Shown: one piece after another, positions 1-14,989 of the stretch | Numbering within the stretch: position 1 is the first letter of the stretch | Layout: each line of letters begins with the position of its first letter | NCBI RefSeq assembly: GCF_009834535.1 | Contig: NC_045707.1 | Span: 54,500,001-54,564,000, forward strand | Direction of reading: 5' to 3' | Origin: Camelus ferus | Lineage: Eukaryota | Length of the DNA stretch: 64,000 nt | Position numbers and translations under genes: made by a program | The notes under the pieces: generated by a model | Database searches by the model: none | The model's input: the letters and a program-made list of their open reading frames with translations, nothing else | What the model was told of the DNA's origin: nothing

Positions 1-350
1 TCAGTGCCTCCAGAGAGTAAGTGGGTGTGTGCATGTGAGCTACTGTTCTGTCACACAGTGCATGTATGGTTCATGATCGTGACGTTACAGAGTAGGATAA
101 GCCTTCATCAGATTAGGAGAGAAGGTGAAGGAAATTTGGAGTTGGAAAAAAGAAAATAGGTAATTTAGCCAATTAATGGGCTAAAGAGTGAACAATAACT
201 CATAAAAGCAGCAGACAGAGCTGATTATGGTATTCATATTTAGTCTAGTAAATTTAATTTATTCAATAAGTATTTACAGAATGAAGTTTGCATGCCAGGC
301 ACTATGTTAGATGTAAGAAACTTCAGAGTGAGGGAAAGAGGAATGGTATC

Positions 351-685
351 TAAAAAAAAAAGAAAATCCTGCCATATGCAACAACATGAATGAACCTGGA
401 GGACATTATGCCAAATGAAGTTAAGTCAGCCACAGAAGAATAAGTCCTGCATGATCCCACTTATGTGAGGAATCTAGAACCGTCAAATTCATAGAAACAG
501 AAAGTGGAATGGGGGGTTCCAGGGGCTGGAGGTGGGGGAGGGAAGCAGGGAGTTGTTCAGATTTTCACTGATACAAGATGAATAACATTGTTGTACATAG
601 TCAACAACACCTTATTGTGTACTTATATTTGTTAAGAGGGTAGATCTCATGTTAAATGTTGTCTTACCACATTTTTTTAATTGAA
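351..685 (+). mobile_element. L1 (L1MB/L1MA-like) 3' end fragment
   Basis: Typical L1 3'UTR motifs: atgaacctggaggacattatg...gtcagccacagaag...aagagggtagatctcatgtt. Confidence 0.8.
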
Positions 686-1369
686 AAAGAGATACCACCT
701 CTGCCCTTTTAAGACTTGCAATCCAGGTTTGTATCAACAACAAAATTAAGCTCAAGTCAAAAACCTTTCTTAGTGCAGCTATGAAGTTGAGATTCACTGA
801 GGTCTCTACCACCTGCTCAGTGCAGTTCATATCTACTGAAACTACTTATTTCTGCAGTTTAATCTAAAGAAAAACTGTCTTCTGAATAAGCCTGAATTTC
901 AGTGAATATAGCATGAAATTACCTGAATATAAACCACACAATAGATTCAGGACAGTAAAGAAGAGTAAAATATATGGGCCAATGTGGATTTTAGTCAAAT
1001 AGCAATTGACAGTACGGTAAAAAATTAAAGATAGCAAAGATGAAAAATTATCAAATGCCTAGGCTAGAATGTTATTTTACTTTCATCCTTACTTTCAAAT
1101 GATATCTAATTTCCTATAATCTTATAGAATAAAATTGGATATAAAATTATGACCATTTCTATCATTTATACAGAAAAAATCCAAGTTGTATCTATCAAGT
1201 GGAGATTTTAAAAGTTTTAGCAATTTCTAACTGAGAAGAGAAAGCGGCTAGAAACTGACCCTAATGTTAGAAATGACAAGGTGGAAGTTGGAACTACCAA
1301 ATTAGATCAGGAACACAAGAATCTCTCTCATCATTGGTTGTCTTTTGGTTTTAGGTTGTGAGAGTCTAG

Positions 1370-1760
1370 CAGAGATTGCCAATGTCCATCAAACATCCAA
1401 GTGTTCCCTTGTAGTTCAGAGATCCCACATGTCTAGCTGGGTAAAGGTGGTGATTTACCCAATCTATTGGAATGGGAAGTGAAGTGATGGGTCACTCTGG
1501 TTTAAAGCAGCCAAGGGTAAGTGGGTCTCTTTGCATCATTTTCTTTTCTCTTCTTTGAGCTGGAGATAATTTAAAGAAGGTAGAGATGCAAGGTGGAAAC
1601 AGTCTGGGTTCTTCAGTCATTACTCAGAACAGAGTTCTTATAGAAGAACCACCTGAATCATGCTGGATGTGAAGTGAAGGAGAAATACACCATTCGTGGT
1701 AACCTCTACAATTGAGGGATTGTTTTTTGCAGCAGCTGGCATTAATTACCTTGGTTAATA
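1370..1760 (+). mobile_element. Old MaLR LTR (MLT1-type)
   Basis: gaatgggaagtgaagtgatg... with an MLT1-like end (gagggattgttttttgcagcagct). Boundaries approximate. Confidence 0.55.
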
Positions 1761-2379
1761 TAGAGGGTTATTATCATTTATTTTAATCCAAATCTCAGGA
1801 TTTCCCTGGGGAAAGCTTTTAGTCCTTTCTGATAACTGCCTTCCTAGCCTTTGTGTTACTATGGCTGTATGATTTCTTTGTATCATTTCTGTTAATCACT
1901 AGGTAGACTCTGACCATCTATTTTAGATGATGGATCTCTCTCCCCCTTTAAATTCCCCCTGCTTATCCTCATAAAATGGGGGGAAAAATGGAGTTCTGAT
2001 GACATCATATGGGGTTTTATTTTACTCTGTTGCTTTAGAGTTCAGCATCCTTTCAGAATTCTTGATTTATGTATGTGCTCTGACAAACAGCATTCCCCAT
2101 TTAGCTCAGTTCCTTCTTCCCCCCAAATATCAAAAGATACGAAGTGAATTCTTCTCTGTCAATGCAATCTTAATTAATATCTAGTCTAACACATTTGACA
2201 CCATAATCTTTAAAATATTCTTTGTAATTGACCCCAGCAGTTACACAGAGATTTCCCATCTTGACCTAGTTATGACCATAGGAAAGGCTCTAACCATCTA
2301 GAGTAAGGGGACAGCATTTGTGTTTACATCAAATTTCTACTGGAGGTAAAGTCGATAAAAAGAATAGAAGAAATCAGTC

Positions 2380-2780
2380 CTTCAAAATGGGTGGAACATA
2401 GTATGTCTGCAATGGTGCAGTAAGGACAATAAAAATCCATTTCAACATAAGAACTGTGAGAAAAATATCTATAATTGTTAAAAATCAACTTTTCAGAACT
2501 TTGGGAACTAACCAAAGACCTGCAACAATCTGAGAAGTATTTATTCAAGATATGGCAGAATCTTGATTAAACACATTTTAACTTGCCCTCTCCCAGCTCC
2601 ACAGTAGCCTTAAAAACTAGCAGCCTCACAATTATGATAATTGTTAAAAACAAACAGCCTGGCAAGCTCTGGAAGTTGGCAGACCAGGTCTGGGGGCACC
2701 TCAAGATCCTCATCCCCTGAAAATAGTCACTATTTACTTGTCTGGTAGCTCTCCAGGAACTCCTGGAAAAGCCCCATTCA
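2380..2780 (+). mobile_element. Old L1 5'-region fragment (L1MC/MD-like)
   Basis: aaaatcaacttttcagaactttgggaactaaccaaagacctgcaacaatctgaga resembles L1M 5' sequence as I recall it. Confidence 0.45.
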
Positions 2781-5700
2781 TAAGAGATGAGGGAGAAATC
2801 TTAAAACATATACCCTCCCATCACAAATTGGGGCTGCTCTACTTGGTCTTCCACCTAACCAAGATGATGTCTTAAACTCTCCTGAATTTACTTGTCCTGA
2901 GGACGGGCAAGATCATGACCTGGATAAGCATTCTCTCAGTCCCATCTTGGGCAGGCATGCCTCAGACAGGAAGAATGCCTGCACCCACGAGAGAGATCCA
3001 CTAGGATATGTCCCTAGAGATGTCTTCTAGTTTTCCTGATAATGTTGTTGCCAATAGTATTGTCTGTTCTTTCAGGTTGTGGGACGTTCCGAGGGCGAGT
3101 TCAAACCAAATCACCCTGAAGCTCTCTTACAGAGTTGCCAAAGTTGGCTCTAATAAGCCATGTCATTGGGATCTAAAATATAGATTTCAGATGTATTTTC
3201 CTAAAACACAACTAAAGCCATCTTGCTATGTCTTATGCAGGTTATATCACAGTCACCAGCCATCACCCATGGACAGTACATTATGACTTTCATCTGTCTG
3301 TGGACATCTGCTCTCTGATCTGCCTGGAGAGACCAAAGGCTACAACCTGACCAGGACCTACATATCATTTCTAGATCTGAACCAGTTCTAATTCCTGAAA
3401 CACTCACTGAACAGATGAAAGTAATATTATCATTAACTTAGACTAGTGATGCTCAGTAACGGAGGCACAGCAGAACAGCCTGAGAAGCAACAAGTACTAA
3501 TTAGAGGCTATGGAAGTGAGACCCTAGTATCAGTAGCTGTAAGAAAACTTCCTGCTTATTCTAATATGCTGCCAGCATTGAGAATGAGTGGCTTAGACTA
3601 CTCATAGTGCCTAACTGGAACTAAGATAAATCTTATAGACCACTGGGCTAACATTTCGGAAAGAAAAGTTATGAATAATTAGAGGTGACCACGAGTTCAA
3701 TACTCTACTTTAAAAAACATTACTTTAAATTATCTTTGATTTATTACTTTAAAATATCTTTGATTTAATAGTGTGTATTTACCCAGACAAATGTTTGAAA
3801 AAATAATCCAAATAAAATGCTCCTTTCTATTTCTTTTTCACTAATAATTCCTACCACATATCTTAGAAAAAAAGTAAACTATATCATAAGAATGTTTGAA
3901 CATTTCAATCCATTTAGAAATCTTAATTTTGTTTCACATAAGTGCCTTATAATAGGATATGGATAGTAAACTAATTTTTTCCAACTATGGCTTTCTTAAT
4001 CTTTCTAACATTTGATTTAAATTTTTGAACTTGTACAAATTTGCCTGGAAGCATGATTTGTTTTTTAAAATAAATGTGTACCAGATTTGTTGGGCTATGT
4101 TTATAGCTTAATTAAAATAGGAGAAAAAGGATATTTATAAAATGAAAGAAAAGTATCAGCACAATCTGATAAACACAATATTGCTCCACTTTAAGTCTAC
4201 ATTAAGTTTACTGCAGTGGTATTTTTCACTTCCTCATGCGGTCAATCATTTGAAAAGTAACATAAAATATAAATAGTGTAAACACGGAAAATCACTGTAT
4301 GGATAGACAGTTTTATTTGGTTTTATATGTGCTGATTTGATCAGTTTGCATTTGCTGATTACACAAGTATTCTATTAATCCTAACATCCTTAACAATGGA
4401 TTTTAACTAAAGTTATTAAAGAGTGGCCTGATTTTCAAAATGAAAATGGCAACTGTATTTATCAATCTTTTGATGTTGTATCAGGAAGGATATTATACTT
4501 TCACTGTTTCCAATACCTTCTGTTATTTCCAGCATCTGTGTCTAGACACAACATATTTGGCTGCTGAAAATGTACAACACAAAAAGTACAAAAGTTAAGG
4601 TGCCAACAGTAGGTCATTTAAATATGTTAGAGATCGTGGCTACAAATAACCGTGGCAAAAAGCACTAGGTAGTGTTGTTAATAAATCTATCCTTTTCAGG
4701 GATACTGGACTTGGCAACAGATTTGTAACAATATTTCCCCTCACCCCCTTTCCCGGGGTAATTATTAATCACCTAATTTGTTTTTTATCAAATATCATTT
4801 ACAAGGTTTTATTTCTGACGGACAACATGTATTCCTACCAGAGTGACACCTAGATATTTGCCGCAATGACTATGGAGAAATGTGTTGGGTATATGAGAAG
4901 ACATGCTTATTTTCTAATGCTGACTTAAAAGCTGGTAACAAAGTTGGATTTTATAATATCAATCTTTTACTACTGTATTGTCCAGATAAATAATATCTCC
5001 ATGTTGTGCTATCTACAAACATCTGTATGTAAAATTGTACTCAGTGTCCAGTTTTAGGCAATAACAGTTTGGGAATGGGATCATAAAATCACTCTAGTCT
5101 ATGGGTTTAGAACACGAGGTTAGGAACACAGAGTATGCAGAGAGAATCCTTCTGAAATTGGATAAGAAAAGGATGAGAATTACACATACAAATGAAAGAA
5201 ACTTCAGAGATCATATTAACACAGTGCAGGAACGCATAATTCAGATGCTGTTTAGTACCACTATTATGTTGATCAGGGAAACTGACTTTTTTAACACAGT
5301 CCTCTGTTTTCATTTCCAGCAACATGTCCACCATCACAAAATACTGCTGTCAATTCCAAGGAACCAAGGGGACTACTTTTAAGGGTAAAAGATGTCCTAA
5401 TATTTGCTATTACTTTATCATAGATTCATATGTGTCCTTTGGTGAATTAAAAGTAAGTTAAAAGTCATAATTCCTAGCAACTTTATAAATAAGTTTCCAA
5501 ACTAAACCAGTGTAGAATAAATGACTTCAAAGTTTATTCTAGAGTTAACTCCTCTGTCTTTATGCTTTGGTGCTGGTTAACATTATCATTCAGCTATAGA
5601 CTTTACATGTCAGTTTTTTGTATCCTAAAACTTTATGTGTTTGCAATAAAATTATCCTAGGACTTAGGAATATTAGGATTTCCCCCCAATTTTAAAATAT

Positions 5701-7529
5701 GTGGACATTAAGGACATAATTCTTCCTTAGAACTTATCTTCCCCATTCACATCCAGGCAAATCGCTGCAACAACTAGAGAAACCTTCTGATACAGAAATA
5801 AATAGTTCTAATTTAATTATATTATTTGCCAGTTTGATCAAATGAGAATAAAAATATTTCTCAATGGCAGGTAAATTACCCTAATTTTTTAAGTGGTTCA
5901 AATAATATCCAGCCACTAATTTGGGATCATTTCTCAAAAGTTTAAGATACACAAACCTGGACCAACATGTTAATGAAGTGAGATAGAAATATGATATGCT
6001 GAAATTAGCCAATACACTGAAAATTCAGAAGCAAGAAAACTCATGGCTTCTTTTTCAGGAAGATAAAAGAGGTTCCACATTGTTGAATCAAAAAGTAGTG
6101 CAGTACATGGGAAAACGAGAAGGTTGATTTTAGAAAAGCAAGATATGGAGGCAGAACATGAGAGGTAAAAGGCTGGGGCTTGAACTATGAAAGGATCTGT
6201 AATCACTGGCCCAGGGAGAGGGCACTGGAGGGCTTTAAGCACAAAGAGACATAATTAGATGTATATTCCAGGAATGTCGTGTTGATATCAGCATGGGGGG
6301 ATTTCATTAATAAATGCATATCCTTGTGTAATTTTAAGGCAAAGAAGGTATCACAAATCAAAATCATAGAGTGTTCAAAAATATGCAACTGATTAGGCTA
6401 AACTTTAGTGAATATTGGCTCTTTAGTTTCAGAGGGGAGACACCTTCATTTTATTTATTCTATGGATTTTTTTGCTTACATTTGGCTGTCTAGGGCTATC
6501 AGTATATTGCACTCTAATTGTTTTTCGTTATTTCTCACTCTCTTACTAGTTGATGATTTCTTTCCATTTTCAAGCAAGGACCATGTCTTATATATGAAAC
6601 CTGTTATACAATATACCCTCTGAGTCATGGGGTTCAAGAACTGTTGAACAAACGAATGAATCAGTCAATAAACGTTCCAGCCAGCTGCCGGCTTGCAGCA
6701 GTTGAATCCAACACCTCCCTAAGCACGCTTAGAGTTTGCCCAACCAGTGGGTCTTTACTCAGCGTCCCAACTTCCTGCTGCTTTTCCATCTATTCTCTAA
6801 CACCACCTTGTATCTACAGGTAGGCAAAGAACCAATGTTTGTGAATTTTAAAGTATTTTTATGAAAACAAGTGAGATTAGACATAAAACTACTCACCACA
6901 TTAGCATCCCAATACAGTCTTTTTTCCATAGAAGAGGAAGTAGTAGAGCTTTAGTTAAGATAAGAATGTCATTTCGCATAATTCTGTTATATATCCATGG
7001 TGTTGTGTCCTGGCAGGGAAGAGAGTACCAGCACCAACGAAAAGTGAATGGGAACAGAACAGGTGTATAGAGGTCTGATTTCGTCAAAGGGGAGAAGCTA
7101 TTTATTCTGTTTTTTTTCCATAAACCTGCAGAAGGTGTCCCCTCTCAGAAAGTAGCCCACGGCCCAGACTTTGATCTGTACCTGTTGGAAGATCAGACTA
7201 ATAATTTATCAAAAGTGGCACGACAGGAGATATTTCCTTTTGAATAGCAAATGCTTGAAATAATTAGCCTTTAACTTTGAACTTCTATATTTGATCAATA
7301 ATAATGAGAAAAGCTCCTTGATAATTTTTCTATTATTATTTCTTGCTTCTTCCATGTGCATTGGTGGTGATGTTTTGGTTTTTCTAGTAAAACCTCATGA
7401 TTGGAAATAAAACAATAAAAAATAAGCAAAAATCTAAACACAATATAATTAGCTTTCATTTTAATAGACATTGAACTTTTAGAAAAAAAGACCCTAGCAT
7501 TTGCTATTTGTTCACATAGACATTTATTT

Positions 7530-8300
7530 ACTTCACACATTTTTATTAAGTGCTTACTGTGAGTCCTGCATCCTCTTCATTAAGAGACACATCAGTGGGC
7601 AATACAAGAATCTTAGGTTCATGAGCATAAAAAGAAAAAAATAAACATAAACATAATTAATAATAAAATAAGTACAGTTTATTAGAATGCAACAAGTGCT
7701 ATGGAATAACAATAATTAGAGCAGAGTAAGAAGACTCGAGAGTGCCAGTTCTGAGAAGTAGGGTGCAATTTAAGAGAGAATAGCCAAGGATACTTGAGCA
7801 GAGTTGGAGATGAGGACATTTGACTTGCGGATATTTGGAGTAAGAGTGTTCCAGGCAGAGGGAACAGCTACTGCAAAGTCCCTACTAATGGTGGAACATG
7901 ACTGAGATATTTGAGACAGGAGGGAAGCCAACATGGTGGAATCTGAGTGAGCAAAGGGGATGGACAAGGGAGAATTGTACATAAGCTTGTGTAGTGTATT
8001 AAGGGGTGGAGAGAAAATCATGGAAGACCCTGTAGGCCATTTTATGGAATCTGAGTCTATTCTAAACAAAATAGGGGGCCATTTCAGTTTTTTAAGCATG
8101 GAAATGACAGGATATGACTTCCATTCTCAAAGTATTATTTTGGCCACTATTAGAATTAAAGTGTAGAGGGACAAGGCCAGAATTAGGTCAACCAGTTAGA
8201 AGGCATTAGGAATAATACAGATGAGAGAAAGACAGTGGTTTACATCAGGGAGGTAGGACAGAAAATAGAAGTAGTCGGTTTCTGGATGTATTCTGGAGGT
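7530..8300 (-). mobile_element. L2 fragment
   Basis: tttattaagtgcttact...gtgttccaggcagagggaacagc...tgcaaagtccc...ggatgtattctggaggt, typical of reverse-strand L2. Confidence 0.75.
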
Positions 8301-11300
8301 TTATCAATGTTTTAATTTGGCTTAATTTGTTCTTATAAGAACTCAGCTAGAGGTGACAATCTTAAAACGGTCATGTAATGCTAAAATACTTACTCAAAAT
8401 ATTTCATTTACTGTTCCTTTCAACTACATTTGTATTATCTCATATGTGGATGGTGAATTGTTCAAGGAAAGGATGGAAATTTTATGGACCACTCTACTTT
8501 AACTGTACAAAGTGCTCAGTAAACATTCTTGGATTAGCTTTCTTAAATGAAAATTTGAGAAAGCTTTCTGAAAATGTCTAATTTTGTTTAGTTATCTTAT
8601 TTATTAAGTCTTCTGTGATTAAAAAATTGAGATCTAATAACATCTTTTATGACAAAAAATGCTCATGATAATATTAATAAAATAGCATGATGACAAATGT
8701 TAATTCATTTAATCCTTTTATCAATTTAAATATATTACGGTAAGAGAATTTAATATTCTTTGCATTCTTGATGCAAATATGCAATTGAAAAAGAGATACT
8801 ACCAGTGAAAAAGAAATGTAAAAAGAAAAAAGAAGGAAAGAGTGAAATATTAGTTCAAACCTAAATCTGCCCTGTAAAAAGATGTGAATTTAATTCCTGG
8901 GAACAGTGAACACACTGTGTTTTGATGTAGTTCTTTTCATTAAGGCATGAAAATTAGTATAATAAATTTAACTACCCTTGGTCTTTACAGTTTTTAAAGT
9001 TTATGTCAATCTTTATACAAAATAAACGGAAGTGTCCAATAACTTCTATAATTTAAGTTATAGTGAGACAAACTAATATAGCTTCCAAATCTGACAACGA
9101 ATTGAAAACATGTACCCTGTTTTTACCTTCTATAAAGGGTAATATAGATTTCACCCTTGATCTAGGAGATTATACACTGTCCTAAAGTAAAAAAAAAAAT
9201 CGATATAAATTATAATTTGAATTTTTATAGTGAAAATTCATTTAATTATGTTAGCTTAATTTTTCTTTTTTGTTATTTTTGACTCAAAGTCCATAATATT
9301 AGTGAAGGTAACTAATCCAAGAAATGGAAAGAGGTAAAAAATTATGCAGAAAGTATTTTGATATATATATATAACATGTCTAATCAATAGAGAGGAAAAG
9401 AATCTTCCTGACATTATTGGAATAACTACATTTGGCTTATATAAAGCTCAGCCTTACATATATTTTTACTTTAATATTTAAATTTCAACGTGATTGAAAC
9501 AAGAGTTTTCCTAGCTAAAAAAATAAGTACAACATTAGTAACTATACGTGGGAGATTGGCGATATTTAGGGCAAAGGACAAAATGAACAGTGATAAATTT
9601 TTGTAGAACTTCACGTAATACAAGTAGTTCAGCTTAAAAATACTTTTGAAGTGTCTGTTCTTCCACAGTTTGAGTTCATTGGATAATTTTATAATTTTTT
9701 TCTTCTAAAAAATCATCTTTTGTAACCTCCACAAAACTGATAATATTGTGCAATCACAAAACTGTTTCAGCAGCATCCTTGTGGGTAGTTTTGTGTGTTT
9801 GTTTGTAGCCTTTTGAAAGCAAAAAAAAAAGTTTTATAGATAAAGATATTTTAATTTTTGACTGTTTTACTGTCTAGAGGAAAACAATTCAAGTGGAACC
9901 ACATGGAGACTTTTCCAAAATTCATGATGCTCTCAGAAGTAAAGGGTATTAAAGACTTAGAAATAAAATCTGAAACACCCATTGATTCCAGTTTATCCTT
10001 AAACGTGTATGATGCACATCTACACCTGGGAGGAAGCCAATCCATTAAGCTTATATGATCCTGTACCCTCAACTATAATAACTCATTTATCTGAGAACAG
10101 GTCAACTTAGTTGCAAGATGTCCACCTTTGTCAGGCAACCTTTCTTTCTAACTTCTCATCTTCACTGAGAATGAAAATCATCCACAAGAGAAACCCTCAG
10201 AAATTCGGGTCTGTGCTTCTCTGATTGCAGGGAACACTTTCATGCCTGCAGATATTTTTACATCTAAGACAGCCTGCAATTCTGCTTGCCAACATGAAAC
10301 TTGTTTCACAAATTTTTTCAGCAGCTGGTATGATAAAGAGCCAGTTTTCATGCAAATTAGTGATCTTCCTAATCAATTTTTAACTACAAAATTAAAATTT
10401 AAAATTTTTTGAGTAAATTATTTTCAAATGATGAAATGCTTTATCAAATCTATTTATTTAATAGCTCACTTCCCATTATATTAAGGCTCTGATTTAAGAA
10501 CTCTTTCTACGAAGAAGGAAAAAAATTTTGTTAGAACTGTAGTTCTTAATGTTGCACTATATTGAAAGGTACATTTTACTTTTTCAACTAACATTAGTAT
10601 AAAATAACATATTTTTCTAATTAAATATAATGAGGTTGGCTTATTTTTGCATTACCACTTTTAATGCAATATATTTAATCATTTTTTAGAAAGACAAAGT
10701 ACCACAAAATAAAAATCCTACTTTTAATGCTGCAGCCAATTATTCCTTTAAACTGCCTGAGCCAACATTTTTCAGACCATGAACTAAATAACTACTAAAT
10801 GTATCCGTTATTTACAGAGTACAAGTCACTTTGTTATTATTCCATGAAATGACTGTTCTTTTGAGAGTAAAGGGTTATTCTTATTATTAACGGGCTTACT
10901 GTTCTACGACTGTATTTATGTGTATATGGACCTACTTTCCCAATTTTATGCCCTGGAGTATAGTAGTATCCTTAAGGATAAAGAGAAAAATGTACTCAAC
11001 CTTTAGCACAGGGTTTAAAACAGAGAATAAAGTTTACTGTTACTTTTTTTTTAGCTGAACAGTGTACTTTTTTAAAATAAAACACAATTAGTTGTACCTC
11101 TGAATTCAATTATTTCTAAACCAATCAAAGATAACTTTTGACTCTAAAAATGGAAAGATGAAGTAAGACTACCTATGATTTAATATCATAGACATTTCAA
11201 ATACGCATTGAGCATATCGTGAAACACCAATATTCTAAGTTATACAGGAACATTTTATTCTCATTAATTTAAATAATTAAATAAATCCTTAATATTCAAA

Positions 11301-11729
11301 GATAAGCATGGATTGACTGACATTTTTGGTAGATATTATTTTTCTTTTAATCTGCCCTTTGAATTTGTAGACTTCGATATGGGATAACATAGAGCCTGCT
11401 GCAGAACATAGTGTGTTAGAGTTGAAAATCAAAACAAATAATTACTTTACTACTGACACTATCATTTGTTTTCTCTTTTGTTTCCAAATTCAAGGTCCAT
11501 TTCTTGTCCAAATGCTTCTTTCTCAGCCCTCTGAAATCTAGAATTTTACAAGAGTGCCTAGCACAAGCTAGATTCTCAATACATATTTATTTCTTAAATA
11601 AATGAGATTGAGAATAGTTTCTTTCCTTGTCATTGCATTAACAATGCATTCATTATTTTTCATTGACTTTTAATTTTATTTATGTTGTTTGGTTATACAG
11701 AAATGCATATGTATCAGATTTATTGAGAC

Positions 11730-12595
11730 CAGTATCCCTGGTGAACATAGATGCAAAAATCGTCAACAAAATATTAGCAAACTGCATCCAACAGCACATT
11801 TAAAAAGTCATATACCATATTCAAGAGTGATTTATCCCTGGGATGCAAGGATGTTTCAAAATAGGCAAATCAATAAATGTGGTACAAGACATTAACAGAA
11901 TGAAGAATAAAAATTATATGATTATCTCAATACATGCAAAAAAAGCATTTGACAAAATTCAGCATCCATTCATGATAAAAACTTCCAACAGATTAGGTAA
12001 AAAAAGAAACAGTATACCTCAACATGATAAAGGCTGTATAAGACAAACTAAGAGTATCATGTTCAGTGGTAAAAAAGTGGAAAGCTTTTTCTCTAAGATC
12101 AGAAACAAGGCAAAGATGCCCTCTTTTACCATTCCTATTCAGTATAGTACTGGAAGTTCAGATCAGAGCAATTAAGCAAGAAAAAGAAAAAAAAGGCATC
12201 CAAATAAGAAAGGAAGACATTAAATTGTCTCTGTTTTCAGATGGCATGATCTTAAACACAGAAAACCCTAAAGATTCCACCAAAAATCTATTAGAACCAA
12301 TAAATGAATTTAGTAAAGTTGCAGGACACAAAATCAATATACAAAAAGCAGTTGTGTTTATATACACTATCAACAAACTATCCAAAGAAATTAAGAAAAC
12401 AACACCATTTATAATAGCATCAAAAAAACAAATAAAATACTTAAGAATAAATTTAACCAAGGAAGTGAAAGATCTGTACACTGAAATCTATAAGACACTG
12501 ATAAAAAGAAATTGAAGAAGGTATAAACTATGAAAAGGTATTCCATGTTTATGGATTGGAATTAAAATTAACCTTGTTAAGATGTCCATACCATA
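11730..12595 (+). mobile_element. L1 ORF2 reverse-transcriptase fragment, frameshifted
   Basis: Overlapping ORFs give KNYMIISIHAKKAFDKIQHPFMIK and RQRCPLLPFLFSIVLEV...LSLFSDGMIL...INEFSKVAGHKINIQK, i.e. L1 RT motifs. Confidence 0.93.
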
Positions 12596-13029
12596 CAATG
12601 TATTCTTTATAATAAATTATTGCTACCTTTTTTATGGCACTTAGGAAAACTGATGCAGAATCTTAGTTTAAAACTACATACTTCCCTGCAAATACTTTTT
12701 AGAGAAAAAGAGGCCAGTACTCAGCAAGCCTATAGGTCCTGGCCCAGGCACAACACTATTTACTTTCTACAGAAAGACTTTAAATTAAATGACTAATAAA
12801 CTGCCTTCTTCATTATTGATGACTCAGGGACTGGGTGAGGCTGTGCCTACAAATAAAAGATATTTAAAACATGACATTGGGCAAGATTGGAACTGTCAAA
12901 GATTGAGAAGTTGAGGTACCTGGGAAACAGATAGGCAGGGAAATAGACAGGTGTGAAACTCAGAAAAGAGAAATCTAGTTACAAAAAGTATTTTAGATTC
13001 CCTAAGTACTTGAGTTGCATTAGATTATT

Positions 13030-13435
13030 GTTCATAATAGTTCTCCTTTCCCCAACCTTATTAGAGAAATAAACATCCGTGCCTCATTATATGGGGCTTG
13101 GCCAATGTCTTACTTTGGCTGATAGAATGTGGGCATTTGTGATAGTGTGCCCATTCTCATTCCAGCCTGAAGAGGCATCAAGTTTCTGTTGACCCTTGTG
13201 CCATGAAAAGAACATGCCTTGGAAGTTAATGGTCCCAAGTGGGTGAGAGACATGTGGAGCAGCCCTGAATGAAGCTTAGAACAAATAGAGCCAGGTCAGT
13301 TTAAACAAGGTAATTCCTGACAGCTCCCACACTCCACCCCCAGATATGTGATGAGGATAGTAATTGTAGTTTAAAGCCACTGAGTTTGGGAATGATTTGT
13401 TTTTGCAGCATTTTTGTGGCAATAACTGACTTATC
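13030..13435 (+). mobile_element. MLT1-type MaLR LTR
   Basis: gaacatgcc...gagacatgtggagcag...ttaaagccactgagtttgggaatgatttgtttttgcagca...aataactgac. Confidence 0.7.
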
Positions 13436-14989
13436 CAGTGCTCCTCATTTTATTCTTGGATCACTACTATCTTAGAGATGAATCTCCCCAGTACCTCCCA
13501 TTTACTCCTATCATGCTATGATTTAGAATTGTGACTTATACAACCCCTTTCATAATCAGAAATTGACAGAGCTGTGCAGAGAGGTGAGAGGACCCCTAAA
13601 TGGTGGTCCTCAGTGTTTTCAAATATACAGACTATCTAAATGATGAAAAAAAGCAGAATTTAATAGAAGAATCTATTTAGCTGGGCTGGAAATATAATGC
13701 TCAAGTATTACTCACAAGAGAGGCATGTACAAATAACTAAGAGATTACAATGTGACAATTAGACTCACGGTAAAATTGTGTAAAAATAATGGGAGAGAAA
13801 GATTGCTGGTAGAGCTTTTATAAGACTATAGATTCTCTTCTGACTCACTCTGAATTCTCATGTTCTACACATATCCTTAAATGCTTTATTGGCATAACAT
13901 TAAAGTAACTTCTATTATTAAATATGATCGCACACTGCTTTTCTTTGAAAGATAGGCTATTATATTTTCCTCTACCTTTAAGTTCTGCAAATTAGTTTGG
14001 CTTAAATCCAAAAAAGCACCAATACTTATGCATTATTAAATTTCGAAAGCCCTGAAATCAACGTTTAAATCCCTAAATATTATTTTCAAAGGAAATATGA
14101 ACTTCTTGGCTATATTTCCGACAACAAACAAAACTATTCTAAAACATTATTTGACAGAACTTACAAACTTAATTGGACTGGGTATACCAACTTAGAATTA
14201 AAACAGCCCTAAGTTTATTACAGTGTAGTTTAAGTAAGTTCTTTCCTGTGTAAAAATCAAGAATGCGTAAACTCCTATGTTTAGAACTTTTCACCTGGTA
14301 CTATAACAGAAGTACCATGTTCCCTAAAAGCTGTGCCTTCAGAAGCATGTTCTGCTTCCAGCCTCACAGCCCCAGCTTGAGTGTCTTTTAACTTCCCTAC
14401 TGTAGTTAAAAGCAATAGAAATTTCCCAATTACTCCAGCTTTGGCTACTATTAAGCTCTTACTCTCTTTCAGAAAACTAAATCTGATTAACTACAAAATC
14501 CTTTGGAGTTGCCCTTTTCAGTGTTTCTCAAAGATGTTCTTTCCTTTCCTGCCAGTGTGCTATCGCAGACCGTTAGCACATCTTCTTAAAACACTGCAAA
14601 GACTACTTTGGTGCTTGCATATACTTAGTATTCAGTAAATGTTTACTGTAAAGAATGAATGAATGATTAGTTCCTCCCCCCAAAAAACTCCTATGAGTTC
14701 CCAATTTTACGGCAATAACCCAAAAATCTTTATCAATGTGATCAAGCAGATTTCCAGGACGTGACTTAATTACCTTCACAATCTCATCTCTTACTATACC
14801 AAACACATACCTCAACTCCCTCTCATGAGTAAAACTCACTTCACAAGCATACGCTTTACTCTCTTAATCTGAAATATCTTTCCCTAAATTTTTCATTTGG
14901 AAGAAAAAATTCTATCTTTTTCAGCAAGGCCCACTTCAACTCTACTGCCTAGTAGTTAACAGCACAGACTTTGATGCCAAATCCCTTTG

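Noticed and set aside
11689..12515. Reverse transcriptase-like ORFs as an active or domesticated gene
   Set aside because: Frameshifted L1 ORF2 fragment. The catalytic FADD motif has degenerated to FSDG.
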